Shown here piece after piece: positions 47,255 through 64,000 of a stretch of DNA of 64,000 nucleotides. Source of the stretch: Eledone cirrhosa (lineage: Eukaryota); NCBI GenBank assembly GCA_964016885.1, contig OZ024750.1:27156001-27220000 (forward strand), in the 5' to 3' direction. Within the stretch, counting starts at the first letter, position 1, and every line of letters starts with the position of its first letter. The notes beneath the pieces were generated by a model, which saw only the letters and a program-made list of their open reading frames with translations, was not told the DNA's origin and searched no databases. Position numbers and translations under genes: made by a program.

Positions 47255-47665
47255 AGACAAGGCCAGCAATTTTTGGGGAGGGAAAAGTCGATTAAATCGA
47301 ACCAGTGCTTGACTGGTACTTTATTTTATCGACCCCGTAAGGATGAAAGGCAACGTTTACCTCGATGGGATTTGAACTCAGATAATGAAAGACCGTAACT
47401 TTATGCTGCAGAGCATGGTGTCCGACGCTCTACCGATACAGCCAAACAACCACCCTTCAATTAGGTCATATATGGACAACTTTTATGCCTCTTACACTCC
47501 AAGGATTGGTGGTGAATTGGCAAAGTCGTCAGAACGTCGGATAGAATTCTTTATAATATTCATTTCGGGTCTCTGCTCTCTGAGTTCAAATCCCGCCGAG
47601 GTCAACTATGCCTTTCATCTATTCAAGGTCAATAAAAAATGTACCAGTAAAGTACTGGGGTCAAT
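47255..47665. mobile_element. Two octopus-type SINEs in inverted orientation (47255-47440 minus, 47505-47665 plus)
   Basis: Same core as 14883-15070 on opposite strands. Confidence 0.7.
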
Positions 47666-48744
47666 CCCTCCTCTATATCTATTTCTCACTTCCCATTCTC
47701 TCACTCTCTATCCTTCTCTGAAAGGAAGCTACTGTATTCAGGCCTGGGGAGAAGATGGGAGCCGCCAAGTATTAAAAAAATGCCCTTGAAACGCTATACG
47801 TCGATATACCGCCCCTACGACTTCCATACCATATATACCATACACTCTAAGGAGGCCGGGCGGTATCCAGATCCAGGCCATGACTTCTGGGGGTCCTTCT
47901 GGTGACATTTAGTCCATGGGAAATCGAAGTCTTGCTGTGTATTTCAATTTTAACAGAAGTAGGATAAGTCTGTCCTATTATATAGCAGTTACATTTAAAA
48001 GTCATGACTGACTGTAACTTAACCCTTTAGCATTTAAACATGCGATATCCGGCTAGAATTCTCTCACTTCTTTCTGTTCAAACCGGCCATAACAGGCCAC
48101 TGGGATCGGAGGTCAAGGCCACCATATCTAACAGGTAAAATGGCCTGTTGCCATCCAATGTCATCAAACCTGACGTTGTATATCTCCTCAGATGTGGTTC
48201 AGATACAAGTATCGAGGTCAGCGATGAGAGATGCGTGGCTGTAGCACGGAGCGCTGCGAAGGATATAGAGGAGCTTCGGCATGGGGGTCCTTCTGGTGAC
48301 ATTTAGTCAGTGGGAAATCGAAGTCTTTTGGTGTATTTTAATTTTAATCCATATGGTTTAAATACACACCAAGTGTCTGATATCTGAATGACTAAATGTC
48401 AGCAGCAGGGCACCTCCGATTCATGACATGAATACGGCCCGGTCCCTGAGAGTGTAAGAGGTTAAGACCCGAAACACTTGCTTGAAGGGTTTCTTCTCTG
48501 AAGACCTTCTGCTGAGAGATTCCCAATAAATCTTGATTGTTATTTCCGTTGTTTAAGAGAGTGTTACACTCCTAGGTCTCATTTCACGAGATCTCAACTA
48601 TTTACCTGTTATTCCACGGCTGTCAACTTTTCGAGAGGTCTTTCAAATTTGATGTGTTTATTATGCTAAAGAATAGCAGAATTCCACTTCTCGACATTTA
48701 GGCGTGTGTGTGTATATGAACTCGGGGATGTCTGTATCTGTGTG

Positions 48745-48775
<31 letters not shown>

Positions 48776-49080
48776 CATCTTGGTTAAGAGAGTGGGACTG
48801 GCTTTGTGCAGTGCCTTTGCTCACTATAAAAGCTTCACGGCACAGGCATTGCTTTATATCTGGAGATCTCTCTGCACTTGTCCTCACATGGTACCATAGG
48901 CCCAGCACTATGTGTCAATAATTGTCACAAGTGTAGTGTTTGTACCAGAGTTTTCAATACGCTGGCTGGACTAAAAAGTCACACTCGTTCAGCGCATCGG
49001 TAGGGGTTCTCCTACATGGATATAATGTAGTGGCCGTACTCGAAAACGAGTTGGCAGCCACCATATATATATATATATAT

Positions 49081-49350
49081 CTAAGGCGGGTAAAATTCCC
49101 GAGATCCATGGACGAGTTCTCTCCAGCGGTCTCTGTCCCTCATTATCGCTGTCATGTCCTGCGTCTCCAACAGACCAGTGTCTGTCCTTAGGGCATCAAC
49201 ATACGTTAACCTTGGTCTTCCTCTTCTAGTGTGTCCATGTAGGGGCTCCCAAAGAAGCACTGAGTGTAATGCGAACTCTGGAAGTCGGTGAACATGTCCA
49301 GCTAACCTCACTCTCCTCTGTGTCAGAGCTGTATGGGAGTATCCCAAAAG
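49081..49350 (-). mobile_element. RTE-like LINE 3' fragment
   Basis: RRVRLAGHVHR...LLWEP.HG..RRGRPRLTYVD...MRDRDRWR. Confidence 0.8.
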
Positions 49351-49361
49351 TCAGCTCAAAA

Positions 49362-49402
<41 letters not shown>

Positions 49403-49664
49403 TTGTGTGTGTGTGTGTGAGTGTGGTGTCCGTGTGTGTGTGTGTGTGGACACGGGGGACTCTGTATATATATATATATACATATATATATGTGTGTGTG
49501 TGTGTTTGTGTGTTTGTGTGTGTTTGTGTGTGTGTGAGTGTGTGTTGTGTGTGTGTGTGTGTTGTGTGTATGTGTACGTATGTGTGTATGTGTAAACTCC
49601 ATGGTGTCTGTATGCATATATATATGTGTGAGGTAAGCTCGGGGCTGTCTGTATGTGTATGTAT

Positions 49665-49961
49665 ATATATAATATAATATAATATATATATATATATATA
49701 TATATAATATAATATATATATATATATATAATATAATATATATATATATATATATATAATATAATATATATATAGATATATATATAATATAATATAATAT
49801 ATATATATATATATATATAATATAATATAATATATATATATATATATATAATATAATATAATATAATATATATATATATATATATATAATATAATATAAT
49901 ATAATATATATATATATAATATAATATAATATAATATAATATATATATATAATATAATATA

Positions 49962-49998
<37 letters not shown>

Positions 49999-50310
49999 AT
50001 ATAATATATATATATATATAATATAATATAATATAATATATATATATATATATATATAATATAATATAATATAATATATATATATATAATATAATATAAT
50101 ATAATATAATATATATATATATAATATAATATAATATAATATATATATATATATATAATATAATATAATATAATATATATATATATATATATAATATAAT
50201 ATAATATAATATATATATATATATAATATAATATAATATAATATAATATAATATATATATATATATATATATAATATAATATAATATATATATATATATA
50301 ATATAATATA

Positions 50311-50347
<37 letters not shown>

Positions 50348-50429
50348 ATATAATATATATATATATAATATAATATAATATAATATATATATATATATAA
50401 TATAATATATATATATATATATATATATA

Positions 50430-50516
<87 letters not shown>

Positions 50517-50574
50517 TATATATATATTTCTTTCTTTCTTTTTCTCTCTTTTTCTTTCTTTCTTTCTTTCTTTT

Positions 50575-50605
<31 letters not shown>

Positions 50606-50678
50606 CTCTCTTTCTTTCTTTCTTTTTCTCTCTCTTTCTTTCCCTCTTTCTTTCTTTCTTTTTCTCTTTCTTCTTTCT

Positions 50679-50738
<60 letters not shown>

Positions 50739-50816
50739 TTTCGCTCTCTTTCCTTCCTTCTTTCTTTCTTTTTCTCTTTCTTCTTTCTTTCTTCTTTCTT
50801 TCTTTATTTATTTTTT

Positions 50817-50879
<63 letters not shown>

Positions 50880-51163
50880 CTCTTTCTTTCTATCTTTCTT
50901 TCTTTCTTTCTTTCTTACTTTCTTTCTCTCTTTCTTTCTTTGTTTCTTTCTTTCTCTCGTTCTTTCTTTCTTTCTTTACTTCTCTCTTTCTTCCTTTCTT
51001 TCTTTCTTTCTTTCTTTCTCTCTATCTTTCTTTCTTTTTCTCTCTCTTTCTGTCCCTCTTTCTTTCTTTCTTTTTCTCTTTCTTCTTTCTTTCTTTCTTT
51101 CTTTCTTTCTCTCTTTCTTTCTTTGTTTCTTTCTTTCTCTCGTTCTTTCTTTCTTTCTTTACT

Positions 51164-51226
<63 letters not shown>

Positions 51227-51240
51227 ATCTTTCTTTCTTT
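49665..51240. repeat. Compound microsatellite: about 860 bp of (TA)n/(TAATA)n followed by about 710 bp of (TTTC)n
   Basis: Seen directly in the sequence. Confidence 0.95.
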
Positions 51241-51394
51241 CTGAACTCTCTAACATAATAGCATCAATAATTGGTGTTGTTGTTGTTGTTCTCATTAGAT
51301 TCTTATCAATCCAGATTGAGCAGATTATATATGTTAACATGAAAGGAATTCCAGCCGTGTCCACCCCTTGTTTTCTTTCTCATGTATAGTATCT

Positions 51395-51473
<79 letters not shown>

Positions 51474-51699
51474 ATATATATATATATATATACATATTAG
51501 TTTCAGAAGATCCCGTTAAGAGTGAAAGCAGCGGTTCTTTGCTTAAACTTTAATCTGTTATTTTAATAAATATTTGCTCTACGGTTCTTATATATTAGAT
51601 ATATATTTATACTTATCGAGCCCTCTTTGGATTTCAGTTTGCAAATTTATTATTATACATATTATTATACACACATATATATATATATATATATACAAT

Positions 51700-52702
<1,003 letters not shown>

Positions 52703-52832
52703 TTGTGTGTTTGTGTGTGTTTGTTTGTGTGTGTAGAAGCAAATAGTAACAAAGAAAAGAATTCAGTAGAAATTGGTGGAGAGATTTTTTTTTCAGTATA
52801 ATATCAAAACACTTATTTATAAAGTGGGTATT

Positions 52833-52886
52833 TCCGCTTTTAATAGTGGTACCGGTTTCAGCATTAAATGCTTTTTCAACTGCGGA
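52833..52886 (-). ncRNA. Hammerhead ribozyme, U3-A8 variant with weakened stem I
   Basis: TTGAAAA-AGCAT-TTA-ATGCT-GAAAC-CG-GTA. Confidence 0.6.
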
Positions 52887-53022
52887 TGTGCATAATGCAG
52901 TTAAGTTGCATATTCATATGAATGATAAAAAGGGGAAGAAAAATTAATAGATTTTACAAAAATATGGAGAGGAGAATTTATATTTCTGTCCGTCGTTGTC
53001 CTTCGTTCTTCCCCCATCTCTC

Positions 53023-53164
<142 letters not shown>

Positions 53165-53634
53165 GTTGTAGTTTTACCAGATTTAAGTCGTTTTGATCTA
53201 TTCGGGACATGTCAGGAAAATACATCTCTACTCTTTCTTCCCCTCGGTTTTATCTTTCCACGGCAGAACTGAAAATGCCAAGATTATTTCTATTCCGCTT
53301 CTGTATCAATAAATATATAAATTTATAATACTAAATCTAGAAGCTGATTCAGTAGCCAGCTTGACAGCCGAAATAGGTAGCACCAACGATTATTACTAGC
53401 ATTAACAACAGAAAGGCAACGACAGCAACAGAGACAATAACAACCACCCGCATCTTCGGTGAAAAAAGGCCTTCGAGTCCCAGCAGCCAGGCTGGCAGCC
53501 GAAATAGGAATCAGTATCAACTACCATTGCCATTAACAAGAGGAAGCCAACTCCAGCATAAGTGACAATAACAACTTTTAGGTATTTCCGCTGGAAACAA
53601 CGCTTCCATTCATTCATTTATTTATTTCTACTTT

Positions 53635-54545
53635 CTAGTGTGTCCCCCTCCGTGCACCCCCTTCTCTTCGATCTTCTCTTCTGTTGCCTCCATATCTGGT
53701 GAGTTCCTGGCTGTCCTGTGACTCAAGCTCCTGAGCCACCTGTTGACCTACCTCCACTCGAGCCCCATCTGCCTCTTTCCAGCTAGCTGCTGCGTAGGTG
53801 CTGATGGTTTCCGACCTAGCCACCTCAAGGAGTTGCTATCCCCACTCTCCGCTGAGGCCGGCCACCGCCTTCTGAGTGCAATTGTGTCACCAATAGGCGT
53901 CCTGGATCCTCACGCCCGAGGCCTATTTTTTTCGGCTTGCCTGGCCGCTCCCAGGAAGAAAGAGGGTTGTATACGCCCCATTGCTCTGGGTAATTTCTTC
54001 CGGAGGCTGGGTGCTAAGGTAGTCTGCATGTTCATAACACCTGAACTGGATGAGGAGTTCAGTCCGGTGCATCTGGGTGTCGGCGTGTCCGGTGGCTGTG
54101 AGGGGGCGCACATGCAACCAGGCAGTCTTCTACTGGAACCGGCATCCAGGGACTCCAGGCACCTCATTATCAAGCTTGACATGAGGGACCATCTGCTCGA
54201 TGCCTGTCTCAGCCGAACCCTCTCCAGCTACCGGCTTGCCTACCTGTCATATGGAGCTCCGAGCATGCTCCTTGCTGCTGATACGGTTACCTTCGGCCAC
54301 TGGAGGCCTACAGGGTGACCTTTTGATCCCCCTCCTGTTTGCGCTTGGTATAAACCACATTGCCTGTAGTATCACGCCTCCTCTCAACGTTTGGTACCTG
54401 GATGATGCTACCCTGGAAGACCCCGGGGAGACTGTCTGCCATGACCTTCAATCGGCCTCCAGTCACCATCCTCTGGGGAAACGCCTCTCCATTCTGTCCG
54501 CCGGGGCTGTGGGGGCCCAGCACTTGGGAGCCCATTTGCTCACCA
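53635..54545 (+). mobile_element. CRE-clade non-LTR retrotransposon, internally deleted
   Basis: DGFRPSHLKELL, IRPIALG..RRL.AK, LGVGVSGGCE, QGD..PLLFAL, WYLDD, and a 3' end matching the copy at 46645-46740. Confidence 0.8.
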
Positions 54546-54744
54546 TACCAAAAAACATGCAAGCAAATTATATAGTGGAATAGAACATGAGTAATCTACT
54601 GAAGTTTAGCACAGAGAGTGCACACGTCGTCTCGAGACACTGAACGCTAACGATAATTCCGTTAGCATCGTCGTGAGGAACGCCACTCAGACAAAATTTT
54701 CCGAGTTTTCCTCACTTTCGGTTTATAATTTAACCCGGCTTGCA

Positions 54745-54808
54745 ATGTCCTCCCTTTCTATTGCTGGATTTATTATATTATTAACATGGCAGACCACTTT
54801 AGCAGATG
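54745..54808 (+). CDS. Gene 2 first coding exon: signal peptide MSSLSIAGFIILLTWQTTLAD
   Basis: ATG, hydrophobic core, T-L-A|D cleavage-like site, strong donor G|gtaaga in phase 1, compatible with the EGF exons. Confidence 0.8.
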
Positions 54809-55040
54809 GTAAGATAATAACTGATTTGTTATTCTATTCACTTATTTTATACTTTGATTTCTTGTCTGCCCTCAAATATTTTTCTCATTTTCATTAATAC
54901 TGTCATGTTGTCACCTGATCCTCCAACGTAACAGGAGCGGACCACATTAATAGTTGACATGGAGTTATACCAGTTTTATAAATAAACATTGACGTACCCT
55001 TTCAAAATGCGACCGTTACTTTTGGAAGACATATATATTG

Positions 55041-55105
55041 TATTTTGTCTGATGAAGGCATACCATAATTTAACTTGGTATCCTTGAAATATGTATAATG
55101 AAATA
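55041..55105 (+). ncRNA. Hammerhead ribozyme in intron 1 of gene 2 (second copy at 55445-55510)
   Basis: TATTTTGT-CTGATGA-AGGCATACCA..TGGTATCCTT-GAAAT-ATGT-ATA-ATGAAATA; the second copy has CTGAGGA. Confidence 0.7.
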
Positions 55106-55243
55106 AATATGGTTTTATAAATATAGTTTCCATATAGTTTCCATTTGTTAATATCGTATATCTACTCCAAATACTTTTCGAGTGCTTTATATCAGTTATA
55201 AAAATATTTACTTGTTGTATCCCAACAATTTAAATAGAACTTT

Positions 55244-55286
<43 letters not shown>

Positions 55287-55550
55287 AAAGTTATATTTAA
55301 ATTGTTGGGTTACAACTAGTAAATATTAATAACTGATATAAAAGCACTCGACAAGTATTTTTTCACGGCCAATTCAACTTTTCAAATACAAGTCGATGTT
55401 GTACGGTATGTCAAATCTATTTATCTATAAAACTGTTTATATTGTATTTTGTCTGAGGAAGGCATAGCATATTATTAATATGATATCCCTGAAATATATA
55501 TAATGAAATAAATATGGTTTTATAAATATAGTTTCCATTTATTTAATATC

Positions 55551-55688
<138 letters not shown>

Positions 55689-56499
55689 CTCTTACTCCAC
55701 ATTATATCGGGTCTTCATTAACACAGCATAGCGCCACCCACATCCGCCGCATCTCTTGTGAGTCCATCGATTTCACTCTGTGCACCTTATAGAACTCCTG
55801 CCCACCCTTTTCTGGCATATCGAACACAGCCATTTCCCTGATTGTATCTCCATCTTGTCTTCTTTCGTGTTAGCATTTTTGCCTCTGATGCGATTAGTTT
55901 TAGGCTTTTCAACTCTAGTTTCTTGCATGTTTGAAGTTTTGTCCCTTACCATCCTACTGATTCAGTTGAAGTACTCAGTACAGTTTTGAAATACTTAGTG
56001 TCGTTTTCTTGATTCAAATGCATTCAGACTGGCTGCCTAAGAGACGTACAAATATGACTTATTAAACTTACCAAACTAAAGGAGCTTCCAGCGCCCCTAT
56101 AGCGCCCCTCTAGCCCCCTCCAAATCTTCAAACGCCCCCCCTAAAGTCACCTTGCACCAAAACGCCCCCCTACCCCTGGAGCTCGAACGGCCCCCCAAGG
56201 GTGCATATGCCTCCCGTTGAGAACCTTTGATCTACATCTAGCTTCCTAAGTGTCCACCATACTACGGAGAATGGGACCCTGTTAAAGGGTTCTCCCTGTC
56301 TACAAAATCTAGATACAATGACTTACACTTCGCTAAGTACCTCTCAAGCAGTCGTCGTACTATAAAGGGGGAATCAATGGCACTCTTCTTCTTCTTCTTC
56401 TTCTTCTTGCTAAAATGGTAGAGGGTGGGGGAAGAGTCTTCAACCATTCCTTCCGGTGGGTTTGTCAGAAGCAACCGTCTCCAAATAATCCGGCTGGAT

Positions 56500-57270
56500 C
56501 CCCAATCTAGACCAGATGTACTCATGGATGTTATCCAATCATCTTGCGCGGTCTCTGTCTCTGGGCTTCCTTCCGGTTGCGTTTACCCGTAAAAACTTTC
56601 TAGCGATTTTTCCCCCGAGACATTCTAAACGCATGGATATAGTATCGTATCTGTAATCTCTCAATTCGGAAAAATAGCGACTCTCCCTGGAGGGAGACCT
56701 GATCTCCAAGCTACGCACCCTACTGAGTAACGTTACTCAAAATACCCTTTGGAGGATCCCCAGGAACGATCAGGTTCGTTTCGTCATTACCCAAGATTCA
56801 TAACCATAATGAGTGTTGACACGAATACCGTACTGAAGATAACCAGTTTGGATTCTTCACCTACATCCCTTCTTCTAAATAACAACAGCTGAAGCTGGCA
56901 CATTACGGCACCAGCTCCTGCAATTCTTGAACTTAATTCAGCCCCATGCGTTCCATCACTTGTGAACATTGCCCCGAGATACATAAATCTCTCCACCTGT
57001 TTCATTGGAACCCCATTCATATATAGATTGCAAGGCACAATATTCCTTGAGACAACGAGTATCTCAGTTTTCGCAGCATTGATTTACATTCCAGCCATGC
57101 AGAACTCGATATCAAACCTACAGAGTGCAATTCGGTGATTACCTTCTGCCGAATTAAGGAATACCGAGTCGTCTCAAAATTCTAGCCGACTGATTTTACA
57201 CTTGCCAGTCGTGATACAACTTCTAGCCCGACTGCCCATGTCAATCATTTTCATGTAAATAATGAACACA
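56500..57270 (-). mobile_element. Decayed RTE-like LINE fragment
   Basis: QVERFMYLG..FTSDG...ELSSRI..A. Confidence 0.7.
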
Positions 57271-58484
57271 ATAGTTGAATGACACATCCTTGGCAGAATC
57301 CGACTCCCATATTGAATGGTTTCCATTTAGCACCATTTATCCACTGGTAGTCCTGCCAATCATAAATTCAAACGTCAACTTATCTACTTTGATTATCTCC
57401 CGAATTAATCATGTTATAACATTTTCAACAAATTTCATTCAATTTACCATGGCTATCCCAGTAATTTGTTGGTAATACTTTACCGAAATCATTGAGGTTG
57501 AGAACAACTGATTCTTTTATCACCACTTTAATCTTATAATAATTGATATGGTATATAATTGATAATGTCAGGTCACCAGTTGGTGCTATTGGTAACATGT
57601 ATCCCAGTGCAACCTGTCTCATGGTCGCGTCGTTGGCGACTAAACTGGCAACCCCACCAACGTTTCTTGGTGAGGATGGTGACTTTGGACATCCTGCAGG
57701 ACTAAAAACAAAACCTGTCAAAGGGCAAAGGTGCTCTTAAGAATCAATGGCCATCCAAAATCACCGGGAGAGATGACTCCTTAGCCTTTGTCAAGGCAGA
57801 ATTCTAGGAGAAGGAAAACTCTGATATAACACTTGCAACCCTGGTGGTATCCAATGATGTTGACTTGTTCTTTTTGGTAAATATCATCTTGGTTAAGAGA
57901 GTGGGACTGGCTTTGTGCAGTGCCTTTGCTCACTATAAAAGCTTCACGGCACAGGCATTGCTTTGTATCTGGAGATCTCTATGCACTTGTCCTCACATGG
58001 TACCATGGGCTCAGCACTATGTGTCAATAATTGTCACAAGTGTAGTGTTTGTACCAGAGTATACAAGTCTCTGGCTGGACTAAAAAGTCACACTCGTTCA
58101 GCGCATCGGTAGGGGTTCTCCTACATGGATGTAAGGTAGTGGCTGTACTCGTTAAAGCTGAAGGAAATCCTCCCTCGGCACCGGTCCAGGACTGAAGGCG
58201 ACCCACACCATATTCCGTAGTCATCGGTTTGCAGTTCTACCAGAGACTACTCCACTTACTGTCTCTTTACTAAATGTCAGTGGTTGGGATTCAGGTTAGC
58301 GACCTGTTCCCGGAAAAACTCTCCTACTACGAAAACAATTCATAGTGCACGCGGTGGAACACTATTGCCTCATGCGTCGCAAGACGCGGGAGCTTCTGAG
58401 TCCGAGTATATAATTGATACCTCATTTATAACTGTATTTAATTAATGGTATCTTCAACATTGTCATGTATATTGATATTTTCAG

Positions 58485-60304
58485 AATGCCCAGCAGGAAA
58501 GTATGGTGAGTTTGGTCGATTGACATGCCATTGCTACAAAAACAGTATAGCGGGAATTACTAGCGTGTATGAATGTAACAAGAAGACATTGTTTGTGTGT
58601 ATAATATTTAATCAACAATTTAACAGTATAGAATGAATGAAGCATAGTTAGTATAGTTGACATGTCAATGAAATAGATGAAAGAATTAGGCAAAGTTAGT
58701 AGTTACCGTTTTGATTGCCAGGCAAAATCAGGCTGGCAGAAGACGCCTGGCGAAGGCCAGGCGCCGGAAGGGCAAGTGAGAGAGTGAGAACTTAAAGTTG
58801 TTAGTTTTATAGGGTTCTGACTGGAAGTTACAGAAAGGGTTCTACTTCCCGTCTAGATGTTGTTAATCTATTGGGGTTGTGAGTCACAACAAGGGAGGCT
58901 ACTGCTACATAACCTCCCGCCAGAATTTTAGAATATAAAAATCGAATGAAATATGTAGCAAGTTGGCGAGAATGTTGTAACAGGCATGAAAATTACGACA
59001 AAAGAATGTTTGCAAAAATCAATGATAGATGTTAAGGTAGCCAACCGCTCTTGGCCAGAGAACGGCTGGACATCTATCTATCCATCACCCAAAGATACAA
59101 TGTAATAAAGTAAGAGAAGAGTTCAAAGTTCAAATGTACAAAATATAGTTCACAGGTGTGCAATCACATGACAGCAGGAAAGAAAGTGTGTTCCAGAGAA
59201 TGAATGCAGGTGGTTTTTGTTCTGTGGTATATCGTGAAATTTCCAATCTCCGAATGGATTTTCTCACAGGAAGAGTGCTGCAAAAATAAATTCTCTGGCT
59301 TATCTCTGTGAGTCGAGAATTTGTGCTGCCTACACGTGCCAATACAAGGTTAAGTTAGGTTGAAAAAATAATATTTCTAACGCGCGAGAAAATGATAGTG
59401 CAAGTGTGAAAGTGACAATGATGAAAAAGAAAGGCTTCACTTAGCATAATTATTGGTGTGAACTTCGGAAAAAAAAACTTGAACGATGATGAAAACGATG
59501 AAAAAAAAAAAGGCAATGGTTCATCGAAAATAAATGTTCCTGTTGAAATGGTTTTAAAAAAATATCAAATTTCTTTTTTTTTTTTTTTTTTGAACGTGTT
59601 CGTTGTAAGAAACGATAAACATATATATATATCGTGAAATGCGACAGTTAGTTGATGCGGGAGAGAATAAGTCTGTCTGAACGCGAATTTCACATGTGCG
59701 TGGTGTGTTCGTTTCTTTGACTGAGTATTTTCATAGTTTGTCAATAAATTTGCAGTGTATTCGTAATTTTACTCACACAACACCAGATTCTGCTATTTTT
59801 TTCTTTTTTCGGGGTGACCACTTATAACAATGAACGGCTGCGTGTTCGTATCACGTCAGGGTTACCAATATAGCGAGGATTACTAGCGTGTATGAATGTA
59901 AATAGCGAAGATACTGGGTTGTATGAATGTAACAAGGAGACATCGTTTGTGTGTATAATATTTAATCAACAATTTAACAGTATAGTTGACATGTCAATGA
60001 AAAAACGAAAGAATTAGGCAAAGTTAGTAGTTACCGTTTTGATTGCCAGGCAAACGCAGACTGGCAGAAGACGCCAGGCGCCGGAAGGGCAAGTGAGAGA
60101 GTGAGAACTTAGAGTTGTTAGTTTTATAGGGTTCTGACCGGAAGTTACAGAAAGGGTTCTACTTCCCGTCTAGATGTTGTTAATCTATTGGGGTTGTGAG
60201 TCACAACAAGGGAGGCTACTGCTACAACAGTAAGTGTAACAAGTTAACTGGAATGTGTCCAACTGGATGTCTTGCAGGTTTTATGGGAGACAGCTGCAAC
60301 ACAG
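58485..60304 (+). pseudogene. Gene 2 EGF exon split by an LTR element (58485-58545 + 60231-60304; [45 protein letters not shown])
   Basis: The halves sum to 61+74 = 135 nt, with a ttttcag acceptor and gtattt donor. Intron flanks are homologous to those of exon E0. The second Cys is replaced by Gly (GGT). Confidence 0.88.
58546..60226 (-). mobile_element. Non-autonomous LTR retrotransposon (TRIM-like)
   Basis: LTRs at 58546-58909 and 59869-60226, reading TGTAGC...GCTATA on the minus strand. 4-bp TSD ACAG (58542-58545, 60227-60230). tRNA-Trp PBS at 59836-59867. Purine tract GGCGGGAGG before the 3' LTR. No gag/pol ORF in the ~960-bp interior. Confidence 0.9.
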
Positions 60305-60330
60305 GTATTTCCTAAAGATGCTAAGTGTTT

Positions 60331-60450
<120 letters not shown>

Positions 60451-60459
60451 CACACATAC

Positions 60460-63994
<3,535 letters not shown>

Positions 63995-64000
63995 GTGTCA

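Noticed and set aside
54695-54712. kappaB-like sites (AAATTTTCC, GAGTTTTCC) near the gene 2 start
   Set aside because: Partial matches only, expected by chance in AT-rich DNA.
59836-59867. Possible tRNA-Trp gene
   Set aside because: Only the 3' portion is present, it includes an encoded CCA and it abuts an LTR, so it is a primer-binding site.
58545-60230. The LTR insertion starts near GT and ends in CAG, so it might be spliced out as a new intron
   Set aside because: Using the GT at 58545 and the AG at 60229-60230 leaves 134 nt, one base short, which is a frameshift.

Overview
AT-rich, microsatellite-dense animal genomic DNA, most likely an octopus or other cephalopod (inferred from octopus-type SINEs and repeat texture). 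The six-frame ORF track misses the main content, which is a spliced + strand gene. In the window it has eleven symmetric phase-1 exons of 132-135 nt, each encoding one 8-Cys MEGF/SREC-type EGF-like module (12645-31494). These are followed by a transmembrane exon (36681-36777) and a terminal exon with a basic juxtamembrane stretch and an Asp-rich tail (44590-44773). All join in frame. Ten EGF exons form five A/B pairs made by recent tandem duplication. Differences between them are almost all amino-acid replacing while every Cys is kept, which suggests a diversifying cell-surface receptor. A second tandem paralogue starts at 54745 (signal-peptide exon). Its first EGF exon is split by a 1.68-kb non-autonomous LTR element with an unusually long tRNA-Trp primer-binding site. 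Introns and intergenic DNA hold Penelope-like elements (one intact ~900-aa RT + GIY-YIG ORF), at least 12 hammerhead ribozyme motifs, R4/Dong, CRE and RTE LINE fragments, Chapaev3-like transposase fragments, SINEs and fold-back duplications centred on (TA)n. All calls were made by eye, with no database searches. Repeat boundaries are approximate.
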